A stretch of 64,000 nt of DNA, from contig CAYILR010000014.1 of NCBI GenBank assembly GCA_964364175.1, positions 4,335 to 68,334 of the forward strand. Reading direction: 5' to 3'. Position numbers and translations under genes: made by a program. The notes beneath the pieces were generated by a model that had not been told where the DNA came from, did no database searches, and saw only the letters and a list, made by a program, of their open reading frames with translations. Below are positions 36,076-44,901 of this stretch, piece after piece. Within the stretch, counting starts at the first letter, position 1. Each line of letters opens with the position of its first letter. Source of the stretch: an uncultured Bacteriovoracaceae bacterium (GTDB lineage Bacteria; Bdellovibrionota; UBA1018).

Positions 36076-36845
36076 TTCAAGCAGGTGATGGAGCCGTATG
36101 TATAAGATGTCGTATTAATGATCCGGGATTTTGCGAGAAACGCTGAAATCCAGGGACCATAGAACGCCATGTGGGTCTTGTAATAGAGATTCTGGAGGGA
36201 GCAAAAGTAACCTCCTCCAGCAGTACCGGTCTCCCCTTCATCGTAACCGTAGTTGGGTGAGTCGCCTACGGGATAAGCGATTTCGTTGATGACCATGATG
36301 GGATTGACAAAGGTGACCTCGTTGCCACTGATCAAAACCTGCTCGGCCTTATCCTTGTATTTGAAGTAGGGAGCGAGCTCAAAAACCAATGCCGACATGT
36401 CAGGCGACACAGAATACTCTCCCTCGCTCTCGTATTTAGCCAGCACTGCTAACTCATGAGCAACGAGTCGAATCTGGTTATAGAGTTTATTGGTATTCCA
36501 GCGTTCCTGATCCAGCCGGGTGGTGACAGTGAGAGGATCACTGATTGCATCTCGGTCAAGGTGAGAAGCAGGAAGGCATTTAAAGGGCTTCTTTTTGATC
36601 GCGATGAGTTCGTTGACCTGGATAAAGGGATTGGTTTGATTAATCTTGTCCTGACCGATCACGGCAAGAGCGGCAATCAGCCGGCCCGCGATAGTAGAAA
36701 ATTCGGCGCATGCCCCTGTTCCGCCGCCAGGAACACTGGTGCTCCCGCCGTTGGCCGATGCCAACCCACTTACCAGTGGAGAAGCTCCCAATGCGACTAC
36801 AGTCATGAGTGAAAAAACATCTTTTTTAAATTTCTTATTATTCAT
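36072..36845 (-). CDS. Secreted hypothetical protein
   Basis: Signal peptide ending ASA, then a GGG motif and LVAHELA. RBS GAAAGG. Confidence 0.65.
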   Translation of the reverse strand: MNNKKFKKDVFSLMTVVALGASPLVSGLASANGGSTSVPGGGTGACAEFSTIAGRLIAALAVIGQDKINQTNPFIQVNELIAIKKKPFKCLPASHLDRDAISDPLTVTTRLDQERWNTNKLYNQIRLVAHELAVLAKYESEGEYSVSPDMSALVFELAPYFKYKDKAEQVLISGNEVTFVNPIMVINEIAYPVGDSPNYGYDEGETGTAGGGYFCSLQNLYYKTHMAFYGPWISAFLAKSRIINTTSYTYGSITCLK

Positions 36846-36851
36846 AGCAAT

Positions 36852-36973
36852 CAACCTTTCAAGTCATGCATTTTTTATGCATTGTTTGTTTTTCGATGAT
36901 TTATATATAATTAAAGTGAAACAATCAAATCAAAAGTAATCAGCATGATTAAATTTGATTACGTATGTAATCT
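36852..36973 (-). promoter_or_regulatory. Duplicated promoter/operator block, copy 1
   Basis: Near-identical to 38761-38870. Contains an RBS and the dyads TAATCA-N3-TGATTA and GATTAC-N4-GTAATC. Confidence 0.7.
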
Positions 36974-37085
36974 AAAACTTTGTAAAAAATAAAGGCAGCA
37001 TATTAAAGGTACGAATCACGATAAAATAGTATCGTTCTTTTGCTTCATTTTTGCCCTATGTTGAGACTTTGCCAACTTCTCTTCG

Positions 37086-38290
37086 TTGACCAAAAGCGAC
37101 CTTTCCAACATACTCATACGAATGAGCACGATTCCACTGATTTTGTGCAGTTTTCTCATGTTTTCCAGTTGGGGAGGAGATTCTGCAGAAAATGAAAAAA
37201 TATGGGGTGACTGGCTCGTAAGGGAAATCGTCGATAAAAAAAATTCTCCTTATCCCGAAGATAACCCTTATGTTGATCTCCACGCACATCTTTTCATGAA
37301 ACAAGGCATGGGAACTCTTTTTTACGGAGACTTTTTGGAACCCATGAAAGCAAAAAAATGGAGTGATGCGCTTTCTTCTCAGGCAGATCCTGTTTCACTC
37401 CAGCGATCAAGGATGCTCAAGAAGCACAAGAAGCTCGCAAAAAAGGCAAAAGGGTCATGATTTTTTCTTTGGAAGGAACCGAAGGGATCATCGAAACTGA
37501 GCAAGACATTAAAGAATTTGTGGATCAAGAAGGAATCAGAATCATCACATTTTCGCACCTGAACGATGATCCTGATTTAGGGGGAGCTGCTTTTCTATCT
37601 GGCTCCGGAGCTTTTCTTAACTTGGCTCCTTGGATCCACCAACACGTTCTTCCCTCTGGACCCAAATGCGAAGATACTGTTGTAAATCCAAAAGGACTTA
37701 CCGACGAAGGTAAAAAATTGGCTAGAATGTTGGTGAACCATAAAGTTTGGATCGATTTAACCCATGCTTCGGATGCAACCCAAAGAGACCTGATCCCCAT
37801 CATGCGCGAAGCAGGACAACCCCTTCTCTATACACACGCTGTTTTAAGAAAACATCATGGAGCAGAACGTGGATTGGCACAGTGGCAAATCGACGAAATT
37901 AAAAAAAATCCCAACAGCGGACTAATTGGGCTTTTGCCCAGCGAAAAGTATTTAGAAAATACAAAGGTTCCAAAACCTCAATGTGCTTGTGACGACCCTC
38001 CAGGCTGTACAGGAGGAATTCACTATGCTGTAGCCCAATACAACGAAATGGCGAACGAAATAGGAGCTAAAAACATCATGCTGGGCTCGGATACAAACGG
38101 AGCAGTCCCTCATCTCAAACCCACCGAATGCTCTTCATCAGGCACTAGTATAGATCGAGAGGGATTTTGGAATATCGGACAAACCCGAGAACTTTGGGAG
38201 TCGATGAAATCGGCAGGCGCTAGCATTCCTGTAAATACTAATCCCGGTGAGCATTTCTTGGAAAAATGGTCACTGCTTTGGAAAAAATAA
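37086..38290 (+). pseudogene. Membrane dipeptidase (M19) disrupted by a frameshifting deletion
   Basis: The first ORF has YVDLHAH and the second has FSLEG, IDLTH, YTH and GSDTNG. The second frame extends back to about 37406 (IKDAQEAQEARKKGKRV). Confidence 0.7.
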
Positions 38291-38318
38291 TTCTCTTTTT
38301 TAATAGAAACCACTGAGA

Positions 38319-38753
38319 TCAGTGATCTGCAATCGTGTAGAGTGCTGCTGCAACCATCTCTAAATCGACTTCTACACCTGACCGAGCCAATTCTGTTTGG
38401 AAAAATACAATTTGATCGACGCAATCTTGATGCACTTCTTCTCCTAAAAGAAAGCTTTTATATTCTAATTTTTCCGCCATTACTTGTTGTTTCCTGAGCG
38501 GCGACCTAGTAAGAGTGCCGCAATCATCGTTCGCGCATTGAAGAATCTGTTCAATAAGAATCACCACCGAACCTAGTGCTGTCAAACCACCAGCAATCTG
38601 TGGATAGCCGCTGGAAAGAGCGAATATTCCACTTCCGGTGCTCATGAATCCAGCATTCATAGTCCCTTCCAGGTATCTTCCATCGATTGCGAATGTCGTC
38701 TGTGAGGAAAACGAAACGAGTAAAGTCAAAACAGCCTGATATTTATAATTCAT
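38319..38753 (-). CDS. Secreted/membrane hypothetical protein
   Basis: Signal peptide ending TFA. RBS GAAAGG lies within the duplicated block. Confidence 0.55.
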   Translation of the reverse strand: MNYKYQAVLTLLVSFSSQTTFAIDGRYLEGTMNAGFMSTGSGIFALSSGYPQIAGGLTALGSVVILIEQILQCANDDCGTLTRSPLRKQQVMAEKLEYKSFLLGEEVHQDCVDQIVFFQTELARSGVEVDLEMVAAALYTIADH

Positions 38754-38760
38754 TTCAAAA

Positions 38761-38870
38761 CAACCTTTCATGTCATTCATTGTTTGTTTTCGAGAATTTA
38801 TATACAATTAAAGTAAAACAATCAATTCAAAAGTAATCAGGATGATTAAATTTGATTACGTATGTAATCT
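38761..38870 (-). promoter_or_regulatory. Duplicated promoter/operator block, copy 2
   Basis: Near-identical to 36852-36973. Confidence 0.7.
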
Positions 38871-38933
38871 GAGTGGTGATCCGCATCAACCCATAGCCTC
38901 TCAAGGAAGGATTTTGATCCCAGGTGCATGTTT

Positions 38934-39236
38934 CTAACGGTGAATGTGATTCGTTACTTTTTCTTTGTGTCGCTGGATTTGTTTTTCGATTTTACTCAAA
39001 GCATCGTCGATGGCCAGATAGAGATTATGGTGTTCAGCGTTTGCTTCACCGAAATAGTCCATTTGGTTGCCCAAAAGATGGCAATGGGCGATGGCGTCCT
39101 GTTTGTCAGTTGAAAAGGTCCATGTCACGTGAATTTTACCATCGAAGTATTTTTTTAGTTTTTCAGTCTTTTCTGTTGCATGGGTTTTAACTGCATCTGA
39201 AGGATCTAGGTTTTTAAAGGTAATTTGAATTTGCAT
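38934..39236 (-). CDS. hpf: Ribosome hibernation promoting factor (short HPF/RaiA)
   Basis: MQIQITFKNLDPSDAVK...NLYLAIDDALSKIEKQIQRHKEK. Confidence 0.9.
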   Translation of the reverse strand: MQIQITFKNLDPSDAVKTHATEKTEKLKKYFDGKIHVTWTFSTDKQDAIAHCHLLGNQMDYFGEANAEHHNLYLAIDDALSKIEKQIQRHKEKVTNHIHR

Positions 39237-39237
39237 A

Positions 39238-39504
39238 CTAAGCTGCTTTTTTGCCTTCACTCCACCACCAGTTTTTTGCCCAAGTGGTTTCGGTGGACTC
39301 GACCCATTTGTTGTTTCTGACTTCTTTCCAAACAAATTTCTCGAGTTCGTCGGGGCCGCTGACGTCTAACCAAACCGAGCAGTCCCAAGCACCTGTGGTG
39401 GACCATACGCCCTTAACCCACTTGTGCTTTGCCCAGCCTTTCCATGCGCTGTCCGGTGCTCCTGGTTTCCATCGAATGTTGACCCATGCTTGCCACTTTT
39501 TCAT
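39238..39504 (-). CDS. Trp-rich stand-alone Lrp/AsnC ligand-binding (RAM)-like protein
   Basis: V..VWSTTGAWD...V.STET pattern, 15 Trp in 88 aa, RBS GGGGAG. Confidence 0.7.
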   Translation of the reverse strand: MKKWQAWVNIRWKPGAPDSAWKGWAKHKWVKGVWSTTGAWDCSVWLDVSGPDELEKFVWKEVRNNKWVESTETTWAKNWWWSEGKKAA

Positions 39505-39674
39505 GAATATCTCCCCCGAGTTTTCGTATCGGTGTTTGGTTGAAAAACATAAGCCTCGGCGCAGGCTCCATTATCGAACTTTGGGCTCCTAGATAAAAAC
39601 GGCAGTGATTTCAAGGTTTTGTGTTTAAATAAACAAATTTTAAAAAATATGATTCAATCCAATTTTGTGATAAA

Positions 39675-41021
39675 ATGCGCTCACTTGTGAGCTCCCAAAA
39701 AAGAATTTTCATCATTGGCATCTGGATCGCATCTGTTTGTGGATGGATGAATTATGGATGGGCAGAAGATCGCGCCAAGCTCCTGGAAACGCGCTCGGAC
39801 ATCGCTGATGCAGGAATTGCACTGACCGAGCGTTCGCAGCACAGCTTGGATATGGCATTTTTCCACTTCGCCGAAGATCGAACGGGATGGGTAGCTATCC
39901 ACCAAATGCTCAGAGCTGCTCAAAGAGGAGCAAAAGTTCGCCTCATCATCGATGGAGGAATTCGACAAAGAGAGCTAAAACGCTCGACCATCGCCTATTT
40001 GCAGGAAAATGGTGTTGAAATCCGAATTTTTCACGAACGTAAGCTTTTTAAGCCCTTCTCCTGGCACAACCAAAGATTGCACGACAAGATGGTTCTTTCG
40101 GACGGGCGCGCTGCAATTTTCCCCACCGGAAACATCAAGGACAACTACTATACACACAAGCCATTGATTCCAGGAATGGCTCATCACCGCTTCAATGACG
40201 TTGCGCTTTATGTTGAAGGAGATGTTGTCCAAGAGGCGCAAAGCTACTTTGAGGAACTTTGGAAAAGCGGCGAAGTCGAGTCCCCAACGTCCAGAAAAAT
40301 TTCTGTTTCAGAAAGGCAAAATATTACAAAGCAACTCGAGCTTTACAGCCGCGTGAGCCGCGCTTGGATTCATGGCGGACGGACCGCGCGAGACATTCAA
40401 AAGGCGCTCGATGATCTGATTCCCGTTGAGGAAGCAAGGTTTTTTCATGACCCGATTGGGCAAAAAGGAAAAATCGCTGGAGCCGAAGTGCCTATTTTGG
40501 AGCTGATTCGAACTGCAAAAACGGAGTTGTTGATCGAGAATCCTTACGTCGTTTTGACTCCTCCGTTTGAAAAGGCGTTTCAAGAAGCAGCGGATAAAAA
40601 GGTTCAGACCACTCTGATGACGAATTCGCCACATGGCTCTGACCAAATGACAACTGCTTATCGATATGAAGCAGAAAGGCACAAATTCCCAGGCATGGGT
40701 GAATCAGCAATGATTGTTGAACGCAACGCCAGCGAGGGTATGCAGCACGCCAAGGTTTTTGCAAAAGACGGCGAGTACATGATTGTTACTTCCATGAATC
40801 TCGACCCGAGATCGCTTAATCTCAACAACGAAATCGGGATTAGTTTCAGATCGCGTCAACTCGTGACTCAATTGAGAGATCGAATTGAGAAACTGAAAGA
40901 AACCTCAACGATTTACAGGGGAGAAAATAATGCAAAATTGGATGCAAAGCTCTCCATTCCCAGATCAATTCAGCGTTGCTCATTGCTTCTTTTGGGAGCC
41001 GTGACCAGATCACAGCTTTAA
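39675..41021 (+). CDS. Phospholipase D family protein (ClsC-like)
   Basis: Two HKD motifs (HDKMVLSD, HAKVFAKD), SMNLDPRSL.LNNE and a signal peptide. Confidence 0.88.
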   Translation: MRSLVSSQKRIFIIGIWIASVCGWMNYGWAEDRAKLLETRSDIADAGIALTERSQHSLDMAFFHFAEDRTGWVAIHQMLRAAQRGAKVRLIIDGGIRQRELKRSTIAYLQENGVEIRIFHERKLFKPFSWHNQRLHDKMVLSDGRAAIFPTGNIKDNYYTHKPLIPGMAHHRFNDVALYVEGDVVQEAQSYFEELWKSGEVESPTSRKISVSERQNITKQLELYSRVSRAWIHGGRTARDIQKALDDLIPVEEARFFHDPIGQKGKIAGAEVPILELIRTAKTELLIENPYVVLTPPFEKAFQEAADKKVQTTLMTNSPHGSDQMTTAYRYEAERHKFPGMGESAMIVERNASEGMQHAKVFAKDGEYMIVTSMNLDPRSLNLNNEIGISFRSRQLVTQLRDRIEKLKETSTIYRGENNAKLDAKLSIPRSIQRCSLLLLGAVTRSQL

Positions 41022-41107
41022 AGATAAAAATTATTTGGTTCTTGCTCGTAAATGATACAGTTTCTGGTAGACATGTAGTTATGACTAAAAACCAATTTAA
41101 GAATTTT

Positions 41108-42001
41108 ATGAGTAAGAATTTTGTAAAGATTGCTTTGTTTGCACTTTGCGTGAGTGGGATGACCAGCCTCAATTCGCAGGACGCCTCCGCGCGAGCGGGA
41201 GGTGGGCGGTCTTTCGGAATGCGTGGTTCTCGCAGCTACAGCACGCCCATGAGGCCTTCTTCTCCATTCCAGCAGCAAGCCCGACCTCAACAGCCGAATA
41301 TGCCGACACAACCCTATTCCCAACCGATGGGTGGGGGGGGTGGATTTTTGCGAAACATGGCAGGAGGACTGGCAGGCGGGTTTTTGGGAAGTATGCTCTT
41401 TCGATCCCTAGGTTTTGGTGGCGATATGGGGACCGGCCTGGGCGGTGGCGGCGGATCTGGATGGATGGGAATTTTGCTGATGGCTGCGCTTGGATTCTTT
41501 GCTTTCAAAATGTTCTCGGGGCGTCGTCGCGAGGTTTCTCCTCGTGAAACGACTGCAGAAGATCTCATGGCTAGGACTCAGCCTCAAAATCAATCTGCTT
41601 CATTCGATCAGGAGCGATTTAAAGAAACAGCGCAAGACATCTTCTTTAAAGTTCAAGGGGCATGGACTCGTGGAGATCTAGGGCTGGTTCGAAATGCAGT
41701 GAGCCCAGACACGCTTGGAATTCTTCAGCAGGATTTAGATCAATTAAAAAAACGCCGCGAAGTAAATCGCCTGGAGAATATCTCGGTTCGAGGCGTGGAT
41801 CTGACCGAAGTTTGGAATGAGTCGGGCGTGGATTATGCCACGGTGTGTTTTCGTGCCAACCTTTTGGATTACAACACGGACGAAACTGGAAAAATAGTTT
41901 CGGGAAGTGATGCTGAGCCTGTCAAGTTTGAGGAATTTTGGACGTTTCAGCGGCCGACAGCCTCCAGCTCGTGGATTTTGTCAGCGGTACAGCAAGCCTA
42001 G
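41108..42001 (+). CDS. Tim44-domain protein
   Basis: ARAGGGRSFG.RGSRS, GGLAGG.LG and C-terminal FEEFWTF..W.LSAVQQ. Confidence 0.88.
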   Translation: MSKNFVKIALFALCVSGMTSLNSQDASARAGGGRSFGMRGSRSYSTPMRPSSPFQQQARPQQPNMPTQPYSQPMGGGGGFLRNMAGGLAGGFLGSMLFRSLGFGGDMGTGLGGGGGSGWMGILLMAALGFFAFKMFSGRRREVSPRETTAEDLMARTQPQNQSASFDQERFKETAQDIFFKVQGAWTRGDLGLVRNAVSPDTLGILQQDLDQLKKRREVNRLENISVRGVDLTEVWNESGVDYATVCFRANLLDYNTDETGKIVSGSDAEPVKFEEFWTFQRPTASSSWILSAVQQA

Positions 42002-42059
42002 CCTGCACTCAAGCTAGTGAGTTCCTGTGTCGAAGAGTACCCTGGAACGGGGTGCTCTT

Positions 42060-42536
42060 ATGTGGAGTGGCAATTTTCTGTCATGGGGTAACGCGAGAAA
42101 TCGTGAGGCTAGCCGCGATCAAGGGAAAATCAGAAAAAAAAGGCTTCAGATTGAGATGCGGCGAGTCTCTGCGGAAATACAGATTGCGCGCGGTCTGGGT
42201 GAACCTACATGGGTAGCTCGGTCTCGGGTGGTTTTGTCAGATTTTTCGGCCCATGGGGTCGCCATGTTCACCTCGCAGCGCTTTCAAGAGTACCAGCAAG
42301 TTGCTGTCAGTATTGATCTTCCTAGGCAGTTTTTTTGTCGAGGTCGAGTTCGCTGGTGTCACGACGCCCCGACGGGAAGAATCATCACCGCCGAGGGAAA
42401 CCCGGAATTCAAGTATCGCGTCAGTATCGAGTTTATGTTTGATTCCGCTGAAGAGCGGACGCAGGTCTTGGAATATTGCAAAGACTTAGCCCGTCAACAA
42501 ATGTTGGTTTTGTCTCGTCCAGATTTAAAACTGTAG
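42060..42536 (+). CDS. PilZ-like domain protein
   Basis: DFSAHG (D/NxSxxG), GRVRWC and YRVSIEF patterns. Confidence 0.65.
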   Translation: MWSGNFLSWGNARNREASRDQGKIRKKRLQIEMRRVSAEIQIARGLGEPTWVARSRVVLSDFSAHGVAMFTSQRFQEYQQVAVSIDLPRQFFCRGRVRWCHDAPTGRIITAEGNPEFKYRVSIEFMFDSAEERTQVLEYCKDLARQQMLVLSRPDLKL

Positions 42537-42869
42537 CTACTTTTTATCGGACTCAGTATTTTTATCAGCATCGCCCGAGCCGTGCTCGTAGGGGCATTCA
42601 CCGTGCTTCTTTTCCCCACATTCGCTGCTATGGCCACGTCCCATACCGCAGTGATGTCGTCTTTTCATCGCGCAGGGTGCGCAAAGAACGCAGATCGTTG
42701 CTAGCACAAGCGCGGGTTGCCAAAACTTCACCCGTTTCATGGAGCTGAGTTTGCAGACCACTTCGTTCCACGCGAAGTAGAGAAGTGCTGAGGAGGCTAA
42801 AAACCACCCCAGACAGAGCAGAATACAACTGACCCAACAAGTTCCACCGAATGGACATGAATTATGCAT
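42537..42869 (-). CDS. Small membrane protein with Cys/His-rich tail
   Basis: Two TM segments (WNEV...FWQ) and RBS GGAG. Confidence 0.55.
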   Translation of the reverse strand: MHNSCPFGGTCWVSCILLCLGWFLASSALLYFAWNEVVCKLSSMKRVKFWQPALVLATICVLCAPCAMKRRHHCGMGRGHSSECGEKKHGECPYEHGSGDADKNTESDKK

Positions 42870-42982
42870 GGTTATGATGATCTCCAACGAATCGGGCAAA
42901 CACAAGCGGCAAAAAATGAGATTTGAGGGTCTATGCCTTGACACGCCCTCTGTGGCGCGTTAGACGGCCTCCGGGGGTAAAA

Positions 42983-44848
42983 ATGAATATCAAAAAATTT
43001 CTGACTGTTGTTTTGGGTGTGAGTGTTTTGGGTATCGCCGCATGCGATCCGATTCCGAGGAGGACATTGTCTCTTGAGGAAAAAAAGGCGGATCTCTTCT
43101 GGATCTATTCACAGTTTGGCGAAAACTACGCTCCGATGGAGTACAAACAGACTCGTTACAAATTTGACTATACTGCTCTGAAAGATAGCTATCTCCAGCT
43201 GGCAGAAACCACTACAACAAACGAAGAGTTTTATGTTTTGATGTACCGTTTTGTTGCAGAATTCAAAGATGCACACACTTCCGGCACTTTGACAGCATCT
43301 TCGCTGCCCAGCCGGACTGAAATTGCATACTTGGGTTTTACAGGAGTTCGACGAGGAGATCACCTGGTGGTGACCAAGCTTCTTCCCACGATTTCAAAAG
43401 ACTCAATTTACCCGATTAAAGTGGGGCAAACGATCACTCAGTTGGACGGTGTTTCTCTGAAAGATGTAGTCCTCAACGAGATGGTTCAGTATCGTAATCT
43501 GGGAAGCGATGAAGCGAACCTGACTTATCACATGTCCAAAATTTTCAATCGTGTGACGACTTCGCAAAAACTGCCCACGAAGTCGAATGCAGTGCTGACT
43601 GTGTTGAAGAGCGATGGGGTGAGCACCACTCAATTGCTGGTTCCTTGGATCCGCAAAGACCTAAAGGTTTTTCGCGAAGAGCAAATGGCGGCGACTCCGA
43701 CAACAGATCTCAACGGTCGCACTCAAATTCCATCCGACAATCTCAATTTTCAGATCAGCTTAATGGCGTTGGCTGGACAGGTGGACTTGCTGGCAGATTG
43801 GAAACAGATTCTGGACAAAACTCAGGACGGCTACAATCCATGGAACTCGTTTGTGTTTGTGGATAGCTCTCCAGACTGGAATTCTAATTTCTACAAAAAT
43901 ACTTTAAAGCGCATGATCGCGAAAAAGAAAACCGAAGTTGGAAAGGATCTGATTTCTTTCGAAGACGATCCTAAAAAAATTCTTCAGGAAGATCGCAATG
44001 TACCAGAACCTGCATTGATGATTCCAACTGCAAAAATCTATCCATCTTACATTACCTCGACAGTGGCCAGGGATAAGGACGGCAAGGAAGTCGGGAAAAA
44101 ATTCAATGTGGGATACATCCACCTGGATACTTTCTCTCCTGCAGCGTCTGAAGACGACACGATCAAAGAAGTGTCAGCGACTCTGGATGCGTTTGCACTG
44201 GTCGGTGTAAAAGACGTCGTCATCGACATGATCAATAACGGCGGAGGCTCGTTGAGCTTAGGAGTCAAACTGGCTCAGCTTTTTTCGAAAGAAAAAATCC
44301 TGGTTTCCGAGATTCAATTTCGCCTCAGCGACTCTTGGCTGGATGATTTTGAATCTATGAGTTTGCGGGCCGGATCCGATGCAGAAAGAGAACTCTACCG
44401 ACGAGTTTTTGTTGGCCTGAAGGACGAGCGCCTGCAGGGCAAATGGTTGTCACACCCGATGAGCATCGAATCGCTCTTTCCGTTTGAGCTGAAGGGCAAC
44501 GAGAATTTGAACCAAAAACTCAATGTGGTTCTCTTGGTGAACGAGATGTGCGCATCCATGTGCGATATTTTTTCGGGCATCATGAAGGATAATGCGCTTG
44601 CAACTGTGGTGGGGACAAAAACCATGGGAGCAGGGGGCAACGTTGTGAATCATACTCAATCGCCGAACAGTCACTTTGATGTTCGTCAGACCGAGTCCCT
44701 GATTTTGAGAAAAGACGGTTCGTACGTCGAGAACAATGGTGTGGATCCTGATGTAGCCTATGCTGTGAACGAAGATGCCATCAGCAAGTATGATGGTGCT
44801 CGCGCCAAGGCATTTGATTACATTGCGACTCAAAAACTCAGCCAGTAA
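42983..44848 (+). CDS. S41-family peptidase lipoprotein (PDZ-containing)
   Basis: Lipobox IAA-C, FKDAHT, DMINNGGGS, CASMCD, TMGAGG and ENNGVDPD. Confidence 0.85.
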   Translation: MNIKKFLTVVLGVSVLGIAACDPIPRRTLSLEEKKADLFWIYSQFGENYAPMEYKQTRYKFDYTALKDSYLQLAETTTTNEEFYVLMYRFVAEFKDAHTSGTLTASSLPSRTEIAYLGFTGVRRGDHLVVTKLLPTISKDSIYPIKVGQTITQLDGVSLKDVVLNEMVQYRNLGSDEANLTYHMSKIFNRVTTSQKLPTKSNAVLTVLKSDGVSTTQLLVPWIRKDLKVFREEQMAATPTTDLNGRTQIPSDNLNFQISLMALAGQVDLLADWKQILDKTQDGYNPWNSFVFVDSSPDWNSNFYKNTLKRMIAKKKTEVGKDLISFEDDPKKILQEDRNVPEPALMIPTAKIYPSYITSTVARDKDGKEVGKKFNVGYIHLDTFSPAASEDDTIKEVSATLDAFALVGVKDVVIDMINNGGGSLSLGVKLAQLFSKEKILVSEIQFRLSDSWLDDFESMSLRAGSDAERELYRRVFVGLKDERLQGKWLSHPMSIESLFPFELKGNENLNQKLNVVLLVNEMCASMCDIFSGIMKDNALATVVGTKTMGAGGNVVNHTQSPNSHFDVRQTESLILRKDGSYVENNGVDPDVAYAVNEDAISKYDGARAKAFDYIATQKLSQ

Positions 44849-44865
44849 TTCATATCAAATAACGA

Positions 44866-44897
44866 CAACGCCCCACCTGTTTCCAGGTGGGGCGTTG
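44866..44897. terminator. Hairpin between convergent genes (probable terminator)
   Basis: CAACGCCCCACCTG-TTTC-CAGGTGGGGCGTTG, a perfect 14-bp stem. Confidence 0.7.
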
Positions 44898-44901
44898 CAA
44901 G

